NCBI GenBank assembly: GCA_965230205.1
Contig: OZ245996.1
Span: 2,575,978 to 2,615,977, forward strand
Origin: Cellvibrionaceae bacterium
GTDB taxonomy: Bacteria; Pseudomonadota; Gammaproteobacteria; Pseudomonadales; Cellvibrionaceae
DNA length: 40,000 nucleotides
Reading direction: 5' to 3'
The position numbers were made by a program, and so were the translations under genes. Below, one piece after another: positions 26,609-33,790 of this stretch (positions within the stretch are counted from its first letter, which is position 1; each line of letters opens with the position of its first letter). A model generated the notes under the pieces. That model did not search any database. It saw nothing but the letters and a program-made list of their open reading frames with translations, and had not been told where the DNA came from.

Positions 26609-26844
26609 TTGCCTTCGTTATCTAATTCCGTAATAAACTCATCATAGCTGTACTTAGCTGTTCCACTTTCCTCACCGTCAGTAAGCATTTGCCGCAATGC
26701 TGCAAGTTTGTGCTCCGTGTCTTCAAGTGCTCTCAAACCTGCACGTATTACCTCGCTTGCAGAGCCATAGCGGCCACTTTCAATCTGGTGTGCAATAAAC
26801 CCATCAAAGTGCTCGCCCAGTGTAATACTAGTGTTTTTAGCCAT
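26605..26844 (-). CDS. parD: Cassette 7: ParD-family (RHH) type II antitoxin
   Basis: 79 aa. NTSITLGEHFDGFIAHQIESGRYGSASEVIRAGLRALE is a typical ParD/CC2985 family sequence. Confidence 0.8.
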   Translation of the reverse strand: MAKNTSITLGEHFDGFIAHQIESGRYGSASEVIRAGLRALEDTEHKLAALRQMLTDGEESGTAKYSYDEFITELDNEGK

Positions 26845-26856
26845 ATTTCACCTCGT

Positions 26857-26887
26857 TTATACCAATATATACCCAATTATGGTATAA
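26857..26887. promoter_or_regulatory. Inverted repeat upstream of parD (candidate ParD/ParDE operator)
   Basis: TTATACCA-N15-TGGTATAA is a perfect 8-bp inverted repeat lying 13-43 nt upstream of the parD ATG. Confidence 0.45.
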
Positions 26888-26889
26888 AA

Positions 26890-26957
26890 CTCATAGCAAG
26901 GCAATCCAGTAGACGCACTACGTGTTGCTCCGTTTGTTACTAATTGAGGCGTTAGAG
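26890..26957 (+). repeat. attC 7 (about 68 bp; degenerate R'')
   Basis: R' is GTTAGAG preceded by the conserved GAGGCGTTA. The left end reads CTCATAGCAAGG instead of the usual TAACAAGG. Confidence 0.45.
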
Positions 26958-26992
26958 CTACAAACTCATCAATCAAAATAAGGAAATCAAAG

Positions 26993-27412
26993 ATGCATAC
27001 CCCAATCAAGTTTTATGTAAAATTACCCGCCGACCTCTTTCGCGGGGGCACACCAACTAAACATAAATTCGACTATTTAAGGACTATGCCACCAAGGAGA
27101 GAAGATCAAACGTATGATGTTAAAATCAATTCAGCTAGCGGGTTAATTGACCATACTACGGGAGGTTTAAGCCTTTTTAATAATCCTAATTATGGATTTG
27201 GTCAGGACTGGTGGGTGATCCCCGTAGGCACAAAACTCCCACCAGAATTTACTTTATCCAAAGACTTAACAGATGGTAAGTTTAGAGGGCATTACACAAT
27301 CAGGGCTCTTTTCGATATGCATGAATCAACATGGAAGAGAAAGTTGTCAGATTGGGCTGACAGGCATGCAATCCACATTAAACAATATAAAAAGGTAAAT
27401 AATAATGTTTAG
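26993..27412 (+). CDS. Cassette 8: Tse2-like toxin-domain protein
   Basis: 139 aa. TTGGLSLF...WWVIPVGTKLPPEF...GHYTIRALFDM parallels the Pseudomonas aeruginosa Tse2 core (GGTSVF...IPDGTDIPPDL...HYTIMP) as I recall it. There is no signal peptide and no trafficking domain. Confidence 0.5.
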   Translation: MHTPIKFYVKLPADLFRGGTPTKHKFDYLRTMPPRREDQTYDVKINSASGLIDHTTGGLSLFNNPNYGFGQDWWVIPVGTKLPPEFTLSKDLTDGKFRGHYTIRALFDMHESTWKRKLSDWADRHAIHIKQYKKVNNNV

Positions 27413-27581
27413 CGTTATGGAGTTAAGATTAATAAGAACATCTGTGAAAAATACAATGCAAGATTTAATTGAGCGCAAAGGTATTCTAGACCCAGAATCT
27501 GATGACTCTGTCGAAATAACAAACGACCTTATGATATATCAAAATATCCTTGAAAAAATAAATGACCGAGAAGATGTATAG
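27405..27581 (+). CDS. Cassette 8: unlisted 58-aa acidic ORF, candidate cognate immunity/antitoxin
   Basis: MFSVMELRLIRTSVKNTMQDLIERKGILDPESDDSVEITNDLMIYQNILEKINDREDV has 13 D/E versus 7 K/R. Its start overlaps the toxin stop (ATGTTTAG, 8-nt overlap). It is below the ORF-track length cutoff. Confidence 0.45.
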   Translation: MFSVMELRLIRTSVKNTMQDLIERKGILDPESDDSVEITNDLMIYQNILEKINDREDV

Positions 27582-27650
27582 CTCCAACAAACAACACCAG
27601 CGGAACAATTTACTCTTCGCCTCAATTGCCCCCTGTGTTGGGTGTTATGC
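27582..27650 (+). repeat. attC 8 (69 bp)
   Basis: R'' CTCCAAC ... R' GTTATGC. There is partial inner pairing (CAACACCAGCGG..CAATT / AATTGCCCCCTGTGTTG). Confidence 0.6.
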
Positions 27651-27671
27651 AGTCAAACATGGAGATATTAA

Positions 27672-27992
27672 ATGAAATATGTAACAGCATTATTAATTCT
27701 ATTTTTTTCGGCTAGCGCTTTGTCAGACGGAAAGATAACTAATATATGGATGTCGGGTCCAGACGATCCTAATCATATAAATATAGTTCAAATAACTATT
27801 GAAGGTGGTTTTTCAACTGTTGGTGGGTGTAGTGCTCAACACGCTGCAGTAAGAATTGAAGGTAGAGAACATCTCGTCAGCTTTATTTTAGCTGCCTATA
27901 AAACAGAAGAGCCTATAAAAGTTGTGCTCAACCCAGCAGATAAATACTATGCTGATCGTTGTACAATATCTAGAGTATCTTCATCATACTAA
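27672..27992 (+). CDS. Cassette 9: small secreted hypothetical protein
   Basis: 106 aa with a signal peptide (LLILFFSASALS) and two Cys. I recognise no family. Confidence 0.5.
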   Translation: MKYVTALLILFFSASALSDGKITNIWMSGPDDPNHINIVQITIEGGFSTVGGCSAQHAAVRIEGREHLVSFILAAYKTEEPIKVVLNPADKYYADRCTISRVSSSY

Positions 27993-27993
27993 T

Positions 27994-28092
27994 GCATAAC
28001 AAGTTATTTAAGTTTACTCCGGCCACAAAAAACGTGGCCTCCGCGGGACGGCTTACGCGTTGCTTCAGCCGCCCCTTAGCAAGGCGTTAGGG
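27994..28092 (+). repeat. attC 9 (99 bp; branched)
   Basis: R'' GCATAAC ... R' GTTAGGG preceded by AAGGCGTTA. Internal hairpins are GGCCAC/GTGGCC and GCGGGACGGC/GCCGCCCC. Confidence 0.55.
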
Positions 28093-28162
28093 GCAAAATA
28101 GAAATTAAGGCGTCTGACCAAATTATTTCTGATATAGTCTAATTTTATATGCGAAAGAGCTA

Positions 28163-29221
28163 ATGAAAACGTTGAATACTCAAGAAGCTTATGATCTATT
28201 TAAAAAAGGCCGACAAGAGTGGAATCATTGGGCATCCGAAAATGAAAATTGCCCTGTCGATTTTACGGGGCTTGAATTTGAATTAAGCCAAGAATTAAAT
28301 TTTTCTGGATTCATTTTTCCAGGAGGAGTTAATTTCAGTAGGAGTAAATTTAATTGCAATAAGCATAGTGAATATGGTTACTTTGATGGAGCAGTATTCA
28401 ATGGTCCAGTATTGTTTGAAAACACCATGTTTCACTCTTTTGCGACCTTTCGAAAAGCCCACTTTCATTCACACGTGAGCTTTTACAAGGCAGAATTGCA
28501 TTTTCATACTTCTTTTGAATACGCAATATTTGAGAAAAAAGCAACTTTTACTGGCTCCAGATTTTCAGATAAAACAAGAGGGACTTCATTTTTCGGCGCG
28601 CAGTTTGAGTTTTTATTCCTTGATCATTGTAGCTTTAGTAGGGTTCCTGATCTTCGAGTTGCTACCTTTTCCAAAGGGCTTTCCATGCACCAAATGTCTG
28701 TGAGCTATAGCAAATCTATTTCTTGGGTCACTAAAAGTCTCAGAGATATCCCCTACGAAAGTATGATGGGGTACGATGATGAAGAAAAACACAGAAGATT
28801 GAAAGTCATTGCCAGCGAAGCAAAAGATTATGAAAGTGAGCAAAAATATTTTGCTCAAGAATTAAAGGCTAAGCGTATACGTCATCCTCTATCTCCAAAA
28901 CACTTGCCAAACTATCTTTACCAGCTTCTTAGTGATTATGGTCAAAGTATTTATAGACCCTTAGTATGGTTATGTTTTTCATGGATACTGTTCGGCTTTT
29001 TGCACAAGAGATTGTCGATGGGAAGCCTTGAAGAGGCAATGATATTCTCTTTTCATCAAATTGTTCCATTACTCTCTTCATCAAAACTTTATTTTTCCGA
29101 TTACGACAAATTTATTTATGCATCATGGTATATGCCATATGTTTTGGTGATTGAAAATGTTGTGGGTGTAATTTTGATTTTTCTATTCGGGTTAGCACTT
29201 CGACGTAGGTTTAGAATGTAG
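28163..29221 (+). CDS. Cassette 10: pentapeptide-repeat protein with a C-terminal transmembrane module
   Basis: 352 aa. The N-terminal half has WNHW followed by tandem A(D/N)LxF-type pentapeptides. The C-terminus has DYGQSIYRPLVWL plus 2-3 TM helices. Confidence 0.7.
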   Translation: MKTLNTQEAYDLFKKGRQEWNHWASENENCPVDFTGLEFELSQELNFSGFIFPGGVNFSRSKFNCNKHSEYGYFDGAVFNGPVLFENTMFHSFATFRKAHFHSHVSFYKAELHFHTSFEYAIFEKKATFTGSRFSDKTRGTSFFGAQFEFLFLDHCSFSRVPDLRVATFSKGLSMHQMSVSYSKSISWVTKSLRDIPYESMMGYDDEEKHRRLKVIASEAKDYESEQKYFAQELKAKRIRHPLSPKHLPNYLYQLLSDYGQSIYRPLVWLCFSWILFGFLHKRLSMGSLEEAMIFSFHQIVPLLSSSKLYFSDYDKFIYASWYMPYVLVIENVVGVILIFLFGLALRRRFRM

Positions 29222-29249
29222 ATTTTTTATGGGTATGGACAAATATTAA

Positions 29250-29370
29250 GCCCTAACAAGCTGCTCCAATTGACGCAGCGGTCTACTTTCCTTTTTGTGC
29301 ATGTCGCTGACGCCCCATTGTTGCACAAAGGCTCACTTCAACCGCTGCGCAATTGAGCAAGGCGTTAGAT
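29250..29370 (+). repeat. attC 10 (121 bp)
   Basis: R'' GCCCTAAC ... R' GTTAGAT. A long stem, GCTGCTCCAATTGACGCAGCGGT / ACCGCTGCGCAATTGAGC, has extrahelical bases. Confidence 0.75.
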
Positions 29371-29392
29371 TTCAATAAAAGGTAATGTCTTC

Positions 29393-29770
29393 ATGTCAAT
29401 AGAGCCATTTATAAAGTCCAGCAATATAAAAACTTCGCTTGAATTTTATAGTGATATCCTAGATTTTAAAGTGATTCAAGCTCCCGACCCGAACCCAGAA
29501 GATTTTTTATCAGTCTATGCCTTCTTAGAGCGAGAGGGTAGTTTTGTGCACATTTCAGAGCACTCGGGAGATGGTGTTTTTGGAAATGTGCTCTATATCA
29601 GAGTGAAAAATTTAGACGCAACGTATCAAGCCTTTTTAAATAACGGCTTGCAAGTACAAGACAAAGCTGGCATTACAATGGAACCAGTAACTCAAACTTG
29701 GGGAATGAAAGAATTTTACGTGGCCGATCCAGATGGAAACCGAATCAGGTTTGGGCAACCAATTGATTAA
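29393..29770 (+). CDS. Cassette 11: VOC/glyoxalase-family protein, bleomycin-resistance-protein-like
   Basis: 125 aa. SLEFYSDILDF and WGMKEFYVADPDGNRIRFGQ are typical of the glyoxalase/bleomycin-binding fold. Confidence 0.7.
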   Translation: MSIEPFIKSSNIKTSLEFYSDILDFKVIQAPDPNPEDFLSVYAFLEREGSFVHISEHSGDGVFGNVLYIRVKNLDATYQAFLNNGLQVQDKAGITMEPVTQTWGMKEFYVADPDGNRIRFGQPID

Positions 29771-29772
29771 TA

Positions 29773-29830
29773 ATTCTAACAAGCACATTAAAAAATGCCC
29801 GTTATACTTGGGCATTTTATGCTGTTCTTT
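29773..29830 (+). repeat. Terminal attC 11 (58 bp) at the array end
   Basis: R'' ATTCTAAC is followed by AAGCACATTAAAAAATGCCC, loop GTTATACTT, GGGCATTTTATGCTG, and then GTTCTTT in place of GTTRRRY. Confidence 0.5.
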
Positions 29831-29865
29831 TCTATTTTTTCGGAATTATAGTTGCTTGCTAAAGG

Positions 29866-30663
29866 TTATTGTAAAAACTGAGGCCTTAGCCCTCCTAGTG
29901 TGAACCCGCCATCGACCATAATGCTTTGTCCTGTCACAAAACGTGCATCCTCAGACAGTAGCCATAATACGGTATCAGCGACGTCTTCCGAGTAGCCAAC
30001 GCGCTGCAATGGTGTGTGGAGGGCAAAAGGCTGCATGGCTTCTTCGCTGCCAAGTGCAGCTAAGCCCATTGGTGTGGCAATAATTCCTGGGCTTACATTG
30101 TTTACGCGAATACCTTTGGCACCTACTTCTAGGGCGGTTGTTCTCATCATTGCATCTAATGCGCCTTTGGTGGCGGCGTATGCTGCTATTCCTGGCATTG
30201 CGCCATGTGCGGTCCATGATGAAGTGTTAACAATAGAGGCACTTTTTCCCTGTTGAAGAATGGCTTTTAATTGGTATTTCATCGATAGAAAAATACCTTT
30301 TAGATTAATCCCCATAATATGGTCAAATTCTTCAGTGCTTATCTCATTTAAGTATTTAAATTCACCTAAGATGCCGGCGTTATTCCATACTAAATCAAGG
30401 CTGCCGAAAGCTTGGATAGTTTCGGACACCATATTTTCAACTTGCTTTTCATCGCTGATATCTGTGGCTATCGCTTTAGCTTTTCCTCCTGCTGTCTGAA
30501 TAATATCGGCGACTTCGTTGAGTGGTTCTTTCCTGCGCCCGGCGACAACAACTTTAGCACCTTGTTGGCCGAGGCTAATTGCAGCGGCTCGCCCCATACC
30601 TGTTCCACCTCCACTGATAAGGGCCGTTTTGCCTGTAAAGCGTAAAGAGCTTTTATGATTCAT
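29866..30663 (-). CDS. Short-chain dehydrogenase/reductase (SDR)
   Basis: 265 aa with ISGGGTGMGRA (TGxxxGxG), WNNAG and catalytic YAATK. Confidence 0.85.
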   Translation of the reverse strand: MNHKSSLRFTGKTALISGGGTGMGRAAAISLGQQGAKVVVAGRRKEPLNEVADIIQTAGGKAKAIATDISDEKQVENMVSETIQAFGSLDLVWNNAGILGEFKYLNEISTEEFDHIMGINLKGIFLSMKYQLKAILQQGKSASIVNTSSWTAHGAMPGIAAYAATKGALDAMMRTTALEVGAKGIRVNNVSPGIIATPMGLAALGSEEAMQPFALHTPLQRVGYSEDVADTVLWLLSEDARFVTGQSIMVDGGFTLGGLRPQFLQ

Positions 30664-30786
30664 GTAGTTCTCCCAATATAATATGTAGTTAAAACGCTGT
30701 TTTTACTCATCAAAAGGAGAATACATTGGCCACTATTGTTTGATAATATTGTATTTATTGAAAACACTATAAAGAAATACTATGTA

Positions 30787-31683
30787 ATGAATTTATTTGC
30801 CAGCATGCGTGTATTCGTAAAGATTGTCGATAAAGGGAGCCTGACAGCTGCTGCTAAGGCTTTGAATTTATCCTCCGCAATGGTCGGCAATCATCTGCAG
30901 GCCTTAGAAGATCACCTTGGTGTTATGTTGCTTTATCGAACAACAAGACGACAAAACCTAACGGATTTCGGGCTTCAGTATTATCATCGCTGTGTGGACA
31001 TACTAGAAAGGGTCACTGATGCTGAGCAGCCAGCATTAGACGATAATAAAAATCCGTCGGGAATACTGAGAATAACTGCCCCTATCTCTTTTGGGAGTGA
31101 AGCATTAATACCCTTATTAAATCAGTTCTATCGCGATTACCCTGATATTATTGTTGATCTTGTTTTAGGTGATCGTATTTTTGATCTGGTCGAAGATGAT
31201 TTTGATGTTGCGATTCGTATCGGTGAAATTCCTGACTCAGGAATGATTGCACGTAGACTTGGCCTTTATAAAATGTCAGTTTGTGCATCTCCTGAATACA
31301 TAGAGCAGCACGGATGTCCTGTAACGCCAGAGCAACTTGCCAATCACAATTGCATTCAATTCAAATCATTGGAGACAGTATGGAAATTTGAGGATAACGG
31401 CAAGAGAATCGAGGTGAGTGTTTCTGGTAATTTAAAAGTTAATAATGGCCAAGCCTTAAAAAAGGCGGCTCTTGAAGGCTTAGGCATTATTATGCAGCCT
31501 AAGCTTGTGATCAAAGGTGAGATTGATAGTGGAAACTTAGTTGAACTCTTTGCAGATTATCAATTGCCAGCCCGCGAAATGAGTATTGTCTATTTACGTG
31601 ATCGATATATGCCTGCAAAAATACGTTGTTTTATTGACTTTATGACAGAACATTTTTCTAATAAAAATGATAAAAGTATTTAA
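30787..31683 (+). CDS. LysR-family transcriptional regulator (divergent from the SDR gene)
   Basis: I chose the start at ATG 30787 (MNLFASMRVFVKIVDKGSLTAAAKALNLSSAMVGNHLQALEDHLG is the HTH). The track ORF begins at an upstream TTG. Confidence 0.85.
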   Translation: MNLFASMRVFVKIVDKGSLTAAAKALNLSSAMVGNHLQALEDHLGVMLLYRTTRRQNLTDFGLQYYHRCVDILERVTDAEQPALDDNKNPSGILRITAPISFGSEALIPLLNQFYRDYPDIIVDLVLGDRIFDLVEDDFDVAIRIGEIPDSGMIARRLGLYKMSVCASPEYIEQHGCPVTPEQLANHNCIQFKSLETVWKFEDNGKRIEVSVSGNLKVNNGQALKKAALEGLGIIMQPKLVIKGEIDSGNLVELFADYQLPAREMSIVYLRDRYMPAKIRCFIDFMTEHFSNKNDKSI

Positions 31684-31706
31684 AAGCCTAGCGCTTACAG
31701 CTAGGC
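31677..31706 (-). terminator. Candidate intrinsic terminator overlapping the cbiX stop
   Basis: The stem is GCCTAGC/GCTAGGC (31686-31706). On the minus strand it is followed by TTTTAAATACTTTT. The hairpin fills the 4-nt gap between the convergent lysR and cbiX genes. Confidence 0.4.
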
Positions 31707-32926
31707 GTGCCTTCTAGTTCTGCTTTAATTGCTTTTTCTTCATCAATAATATTTTGTGGAAATTGCCCCATAAAACAGCAACAAATATTTTCATTAATCA
31801 TTGTGCGTGGGCCATGGGGATGGCCTATATGCTTATAGGGGGCATGGCTGTGCGAGTGGCTATGAGAATGTCCATGTGAGTGGTCGTGTGAGTGTGTATG
31901 GTGGTGAGAGTGGCTGTGCGAGTGTGAATGCTCGTTTACCAGTGTCAACTTAGCTTCGTCATCTTCAGGGTCTAGATGCGCCTCTTCATTTTTTAGCCGC
32001 TGAAGCTCTTCATTTTGTTGAAGCTCTTTTGTCTCGGGTTGAAACTCGGCGTGATGATGGTGGACATCAACTTCACCGCGAACCAGCCTTTCCTGAAAAT
32101 CCTGCATAAGTGAAAGTGATTGACCAGCTCCTGTGACATTGCCATTAATTGTTTCGTCAATACGTGCAATAAATGTATTAATCACATGGGATTGATCGCG
32201 TAAATAATTGGCTTTTAAAAATTTTATATCAGGATTTTCTTTAGCAACTTTATCGACATAGCCATAGATGCGATCAATCAGTCGACCGCCAAAAAGAAAA
32301 TAGGGTGCGACAACAATTTTCTTAAAACCCAGTTTAACAGCCATCTCCAGACCGCGGCCAACAGAAGGGAAGGTGACGCCAGAATAAACAGTTTCTGCCC
32401 AGCCAAAGCCTAAGTTTTCGCAAACAATACGAGTTAACTTATTGGCTTCGGCATTCGCCTCAGTGACAGAGGTGCCACGCCCAACGGTGACTAACATAGT
32501 GTCGTATAGCTCACCAGCAGCAGGCGTTTCGGTATCGATATTTAAAGCTTCCAGTATTCTCGCTTGGAAAGCATTGATCATTTCCTGGTGCAGACCCAAT
32601 TCTTTCCCGTATTCTATTTGCAAGCCAGGGTGTTTCTCTTGGTAGGTGGTAAGTACCGAAGGAATATCATTTTTAGCATGAGTAGCCGCGAATAACATAC
32701 CGGGGACTGCATAGATTTTTTTAACGCCTTGCTCAACCAGACTATCAAGAGCCATATGAATATTAGGTGCGGAGTACTCTAAAAACCCATACTCTACTTT
32801 TAACTCCGGAAAGCGACTTTTTAGCCCTTTTGCTAATAAACTGAATTCCCTCTCAGCTATTTTGGCTCGGCTGCCATGGCCACAGATGAGGACGCCTTCG
32901 TTTTCAGAGAGTTGTTCGATATTCAT
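31688..32926 (-). CDS. cbiX: Sirohydrochlorin cobaltochelatase, long form (CbiX-L), with a His-rich tail and a C-terminal Cys cluster
   Basis: Two CbiX repeats (VLICGHGSR...; MLVTVGRGTS...) are followed by HHHHAEF, then EHSHSHSHSHHHTHSHDHSHGHSHSHSHSH, and NENICCCFMGQ...SCKR. Confidence 0.8.
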   Translation of the reverse strand: MNIEQLSENEGVLICGHGSRAKIAEREFSLLAKGLKSRFPELKVEYGFLEYSAPNIHMALDSLVEQGVKKIYAVPGMLFAATHAKNDIPSVLTTYQEKHPGLQIEYGKELGLHQEMINAFQARILEALNIDTETPAAGELYDTMLVTVGRGTSVTEANAEANKLTRIVCENLGFGWAETVYSGVTFPSVGRGLEMAVKLGFKKIVVAPYFLFGGRLIDRIYGYVDKVAKENPDIKFLKANYLRDQSHVINTFIARIDETINGNVTGAGQSLSLMQDFQERLVRGEVDVHHHHAEFQPETKELQQNEELQRLKNEEAHLDPEDDEAKLTLVNEHSHSHSHSHHHTHSHDHSHGHSHSHSHSHAPYKHIGHPHGPRTMINENICCCFMGQFPQNIIDEEKAIKAELEGTPSCKR

Positions 32927-32938
32927 ACTTATTTGTTT

Positions 32939-33406
32939 CTACTTAATTTTCTGTTCAATACTGATAGTGGTGGAAATGACTTTGCCTTGGTGAGCCAATG
33001 GTGAGTGATCATTGGCATTGAGTGTAACCATTAAATCATATTCACCGGGTCTGAGATCATTCAAGTGATACCATTCACTGTAGATTCTACTTAATTTATG
33101 GCCGTTAATATATAAGTGAGCATGTCCTTCGCCTGCGATATTTTCTAGATTGACTTTTTCAGGTGTAAAAACGAAGTTTTCGGTTTGTATGTGTAAATTC
33201 CAGCCTGCCATGGCATCTTGAGTAATAGTTGCGTTAATCGTGGGTATCGGTGCCGAGCTATCCAAAGTGGAGACTTCTAATGGTTTATGGTGATGTCCGT
33301 GGTCATGATCGCCATGATGGTGACCATGGTGATCTCCGGTGGTTTCTTGTTGGCATGCGATTAAGAGAGAAGATACAAGTAAGGCAGCAATAGTGATTTT
33401 GTTCAT
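32939..33406 (-). CDS. His-rich periplasmic lipoprotein (putative metal-binding; operon partner of cbiX)
   Basis: 155 aa with a lipobox (LLIAC). The mature N-terminus is GDHHGHHHGDHDHGHHHK. The beta-rich body contains GEGHAHLYINGHKL and NANDH. Confidence 0.6.
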   Translation of the reverse strand: MNKITIAALLVSSLLIACQQETTGDHHGHHHGDHDHGHHHKPLEVSTLDSSAPIPTINATITQDAMAGWNLHIQTENFVFTPEKVNLENIAGEGHAHLYINGHKLSRIYSEWYHLNDLRPGEYDLMVTLNANDHSPLAHQGKVISTTISIEQKIK

Positions 33407-33584
33407 GGTTCCTGATGATTACCTCCATTGTTAATAGAATGCATTGAGTTTGAAACGAGGCGATAGTGTTTTGTTGGATGAGGCTTGTCAATCAAAAGTA
33501 TCACAAATTCCTTAAATAAAATCTGGTCAGGATAATAGTGTTTTTCTTTAGCTATAAATGTCTTTATACTGCTGTAGCTCGATT

Positions 33585-33790
33585 TTAGGTTCCAGAGTGG
33601 TAGTGTCTAGCTTAGCTGCTATCAGTCGATGGATTAATAGGGAATGCCTGTAACGTCGTAAGGCGTTAATACCGCAGCTGTCCCCGCAACTGTATGCAAC
33701 GAGTTGTTACCAATAACCACTGATGCAATTAGTAAAAGCATTGGGAAGGTGGTAATGATGATGACCTGTGAGCCAGTAGACCTGCCTTAA
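33585..33790 (+). ncRNA. Cobalamin (AdoCbl) riboswitch 2
   Basis: AATAGGGAATGCCTGTAA, GCAGCTGTCCCCGCAACTGTA, AACCACTG, TTGGGAAGGTGG and B12 box GAGCCAGTAGACCTGCC. It lies upstream of cobW-cobN-cobQ. Confidence 0.85.

Larger units (their letters stand above)
22115..29830. mobile_element. Chromosomal integron: intI, PintI with LexA box, attI and about 11 gene cassettes with attC sites
   Basis: An integron-type tyrosine recombinase is divergent from a one-directional array of short ORFs. Each ORF is followed by an imperfect inverted repeat bounded by ...TAACAAG and GCGTTARRY. Confidence 0.9.

Noticed and set aside
31844-31933. His-Ser coding repeat considered as a simple-sequence contingency locus or CRISPR-like repeat.
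   Set aside because: The repeat is imperfect at the nucleotide level and stays in frame within cbiX. No spacer/repeat architecture is present. I treat it as a protein low-complexity tract and report it only as a finding to check for length polymorphism.
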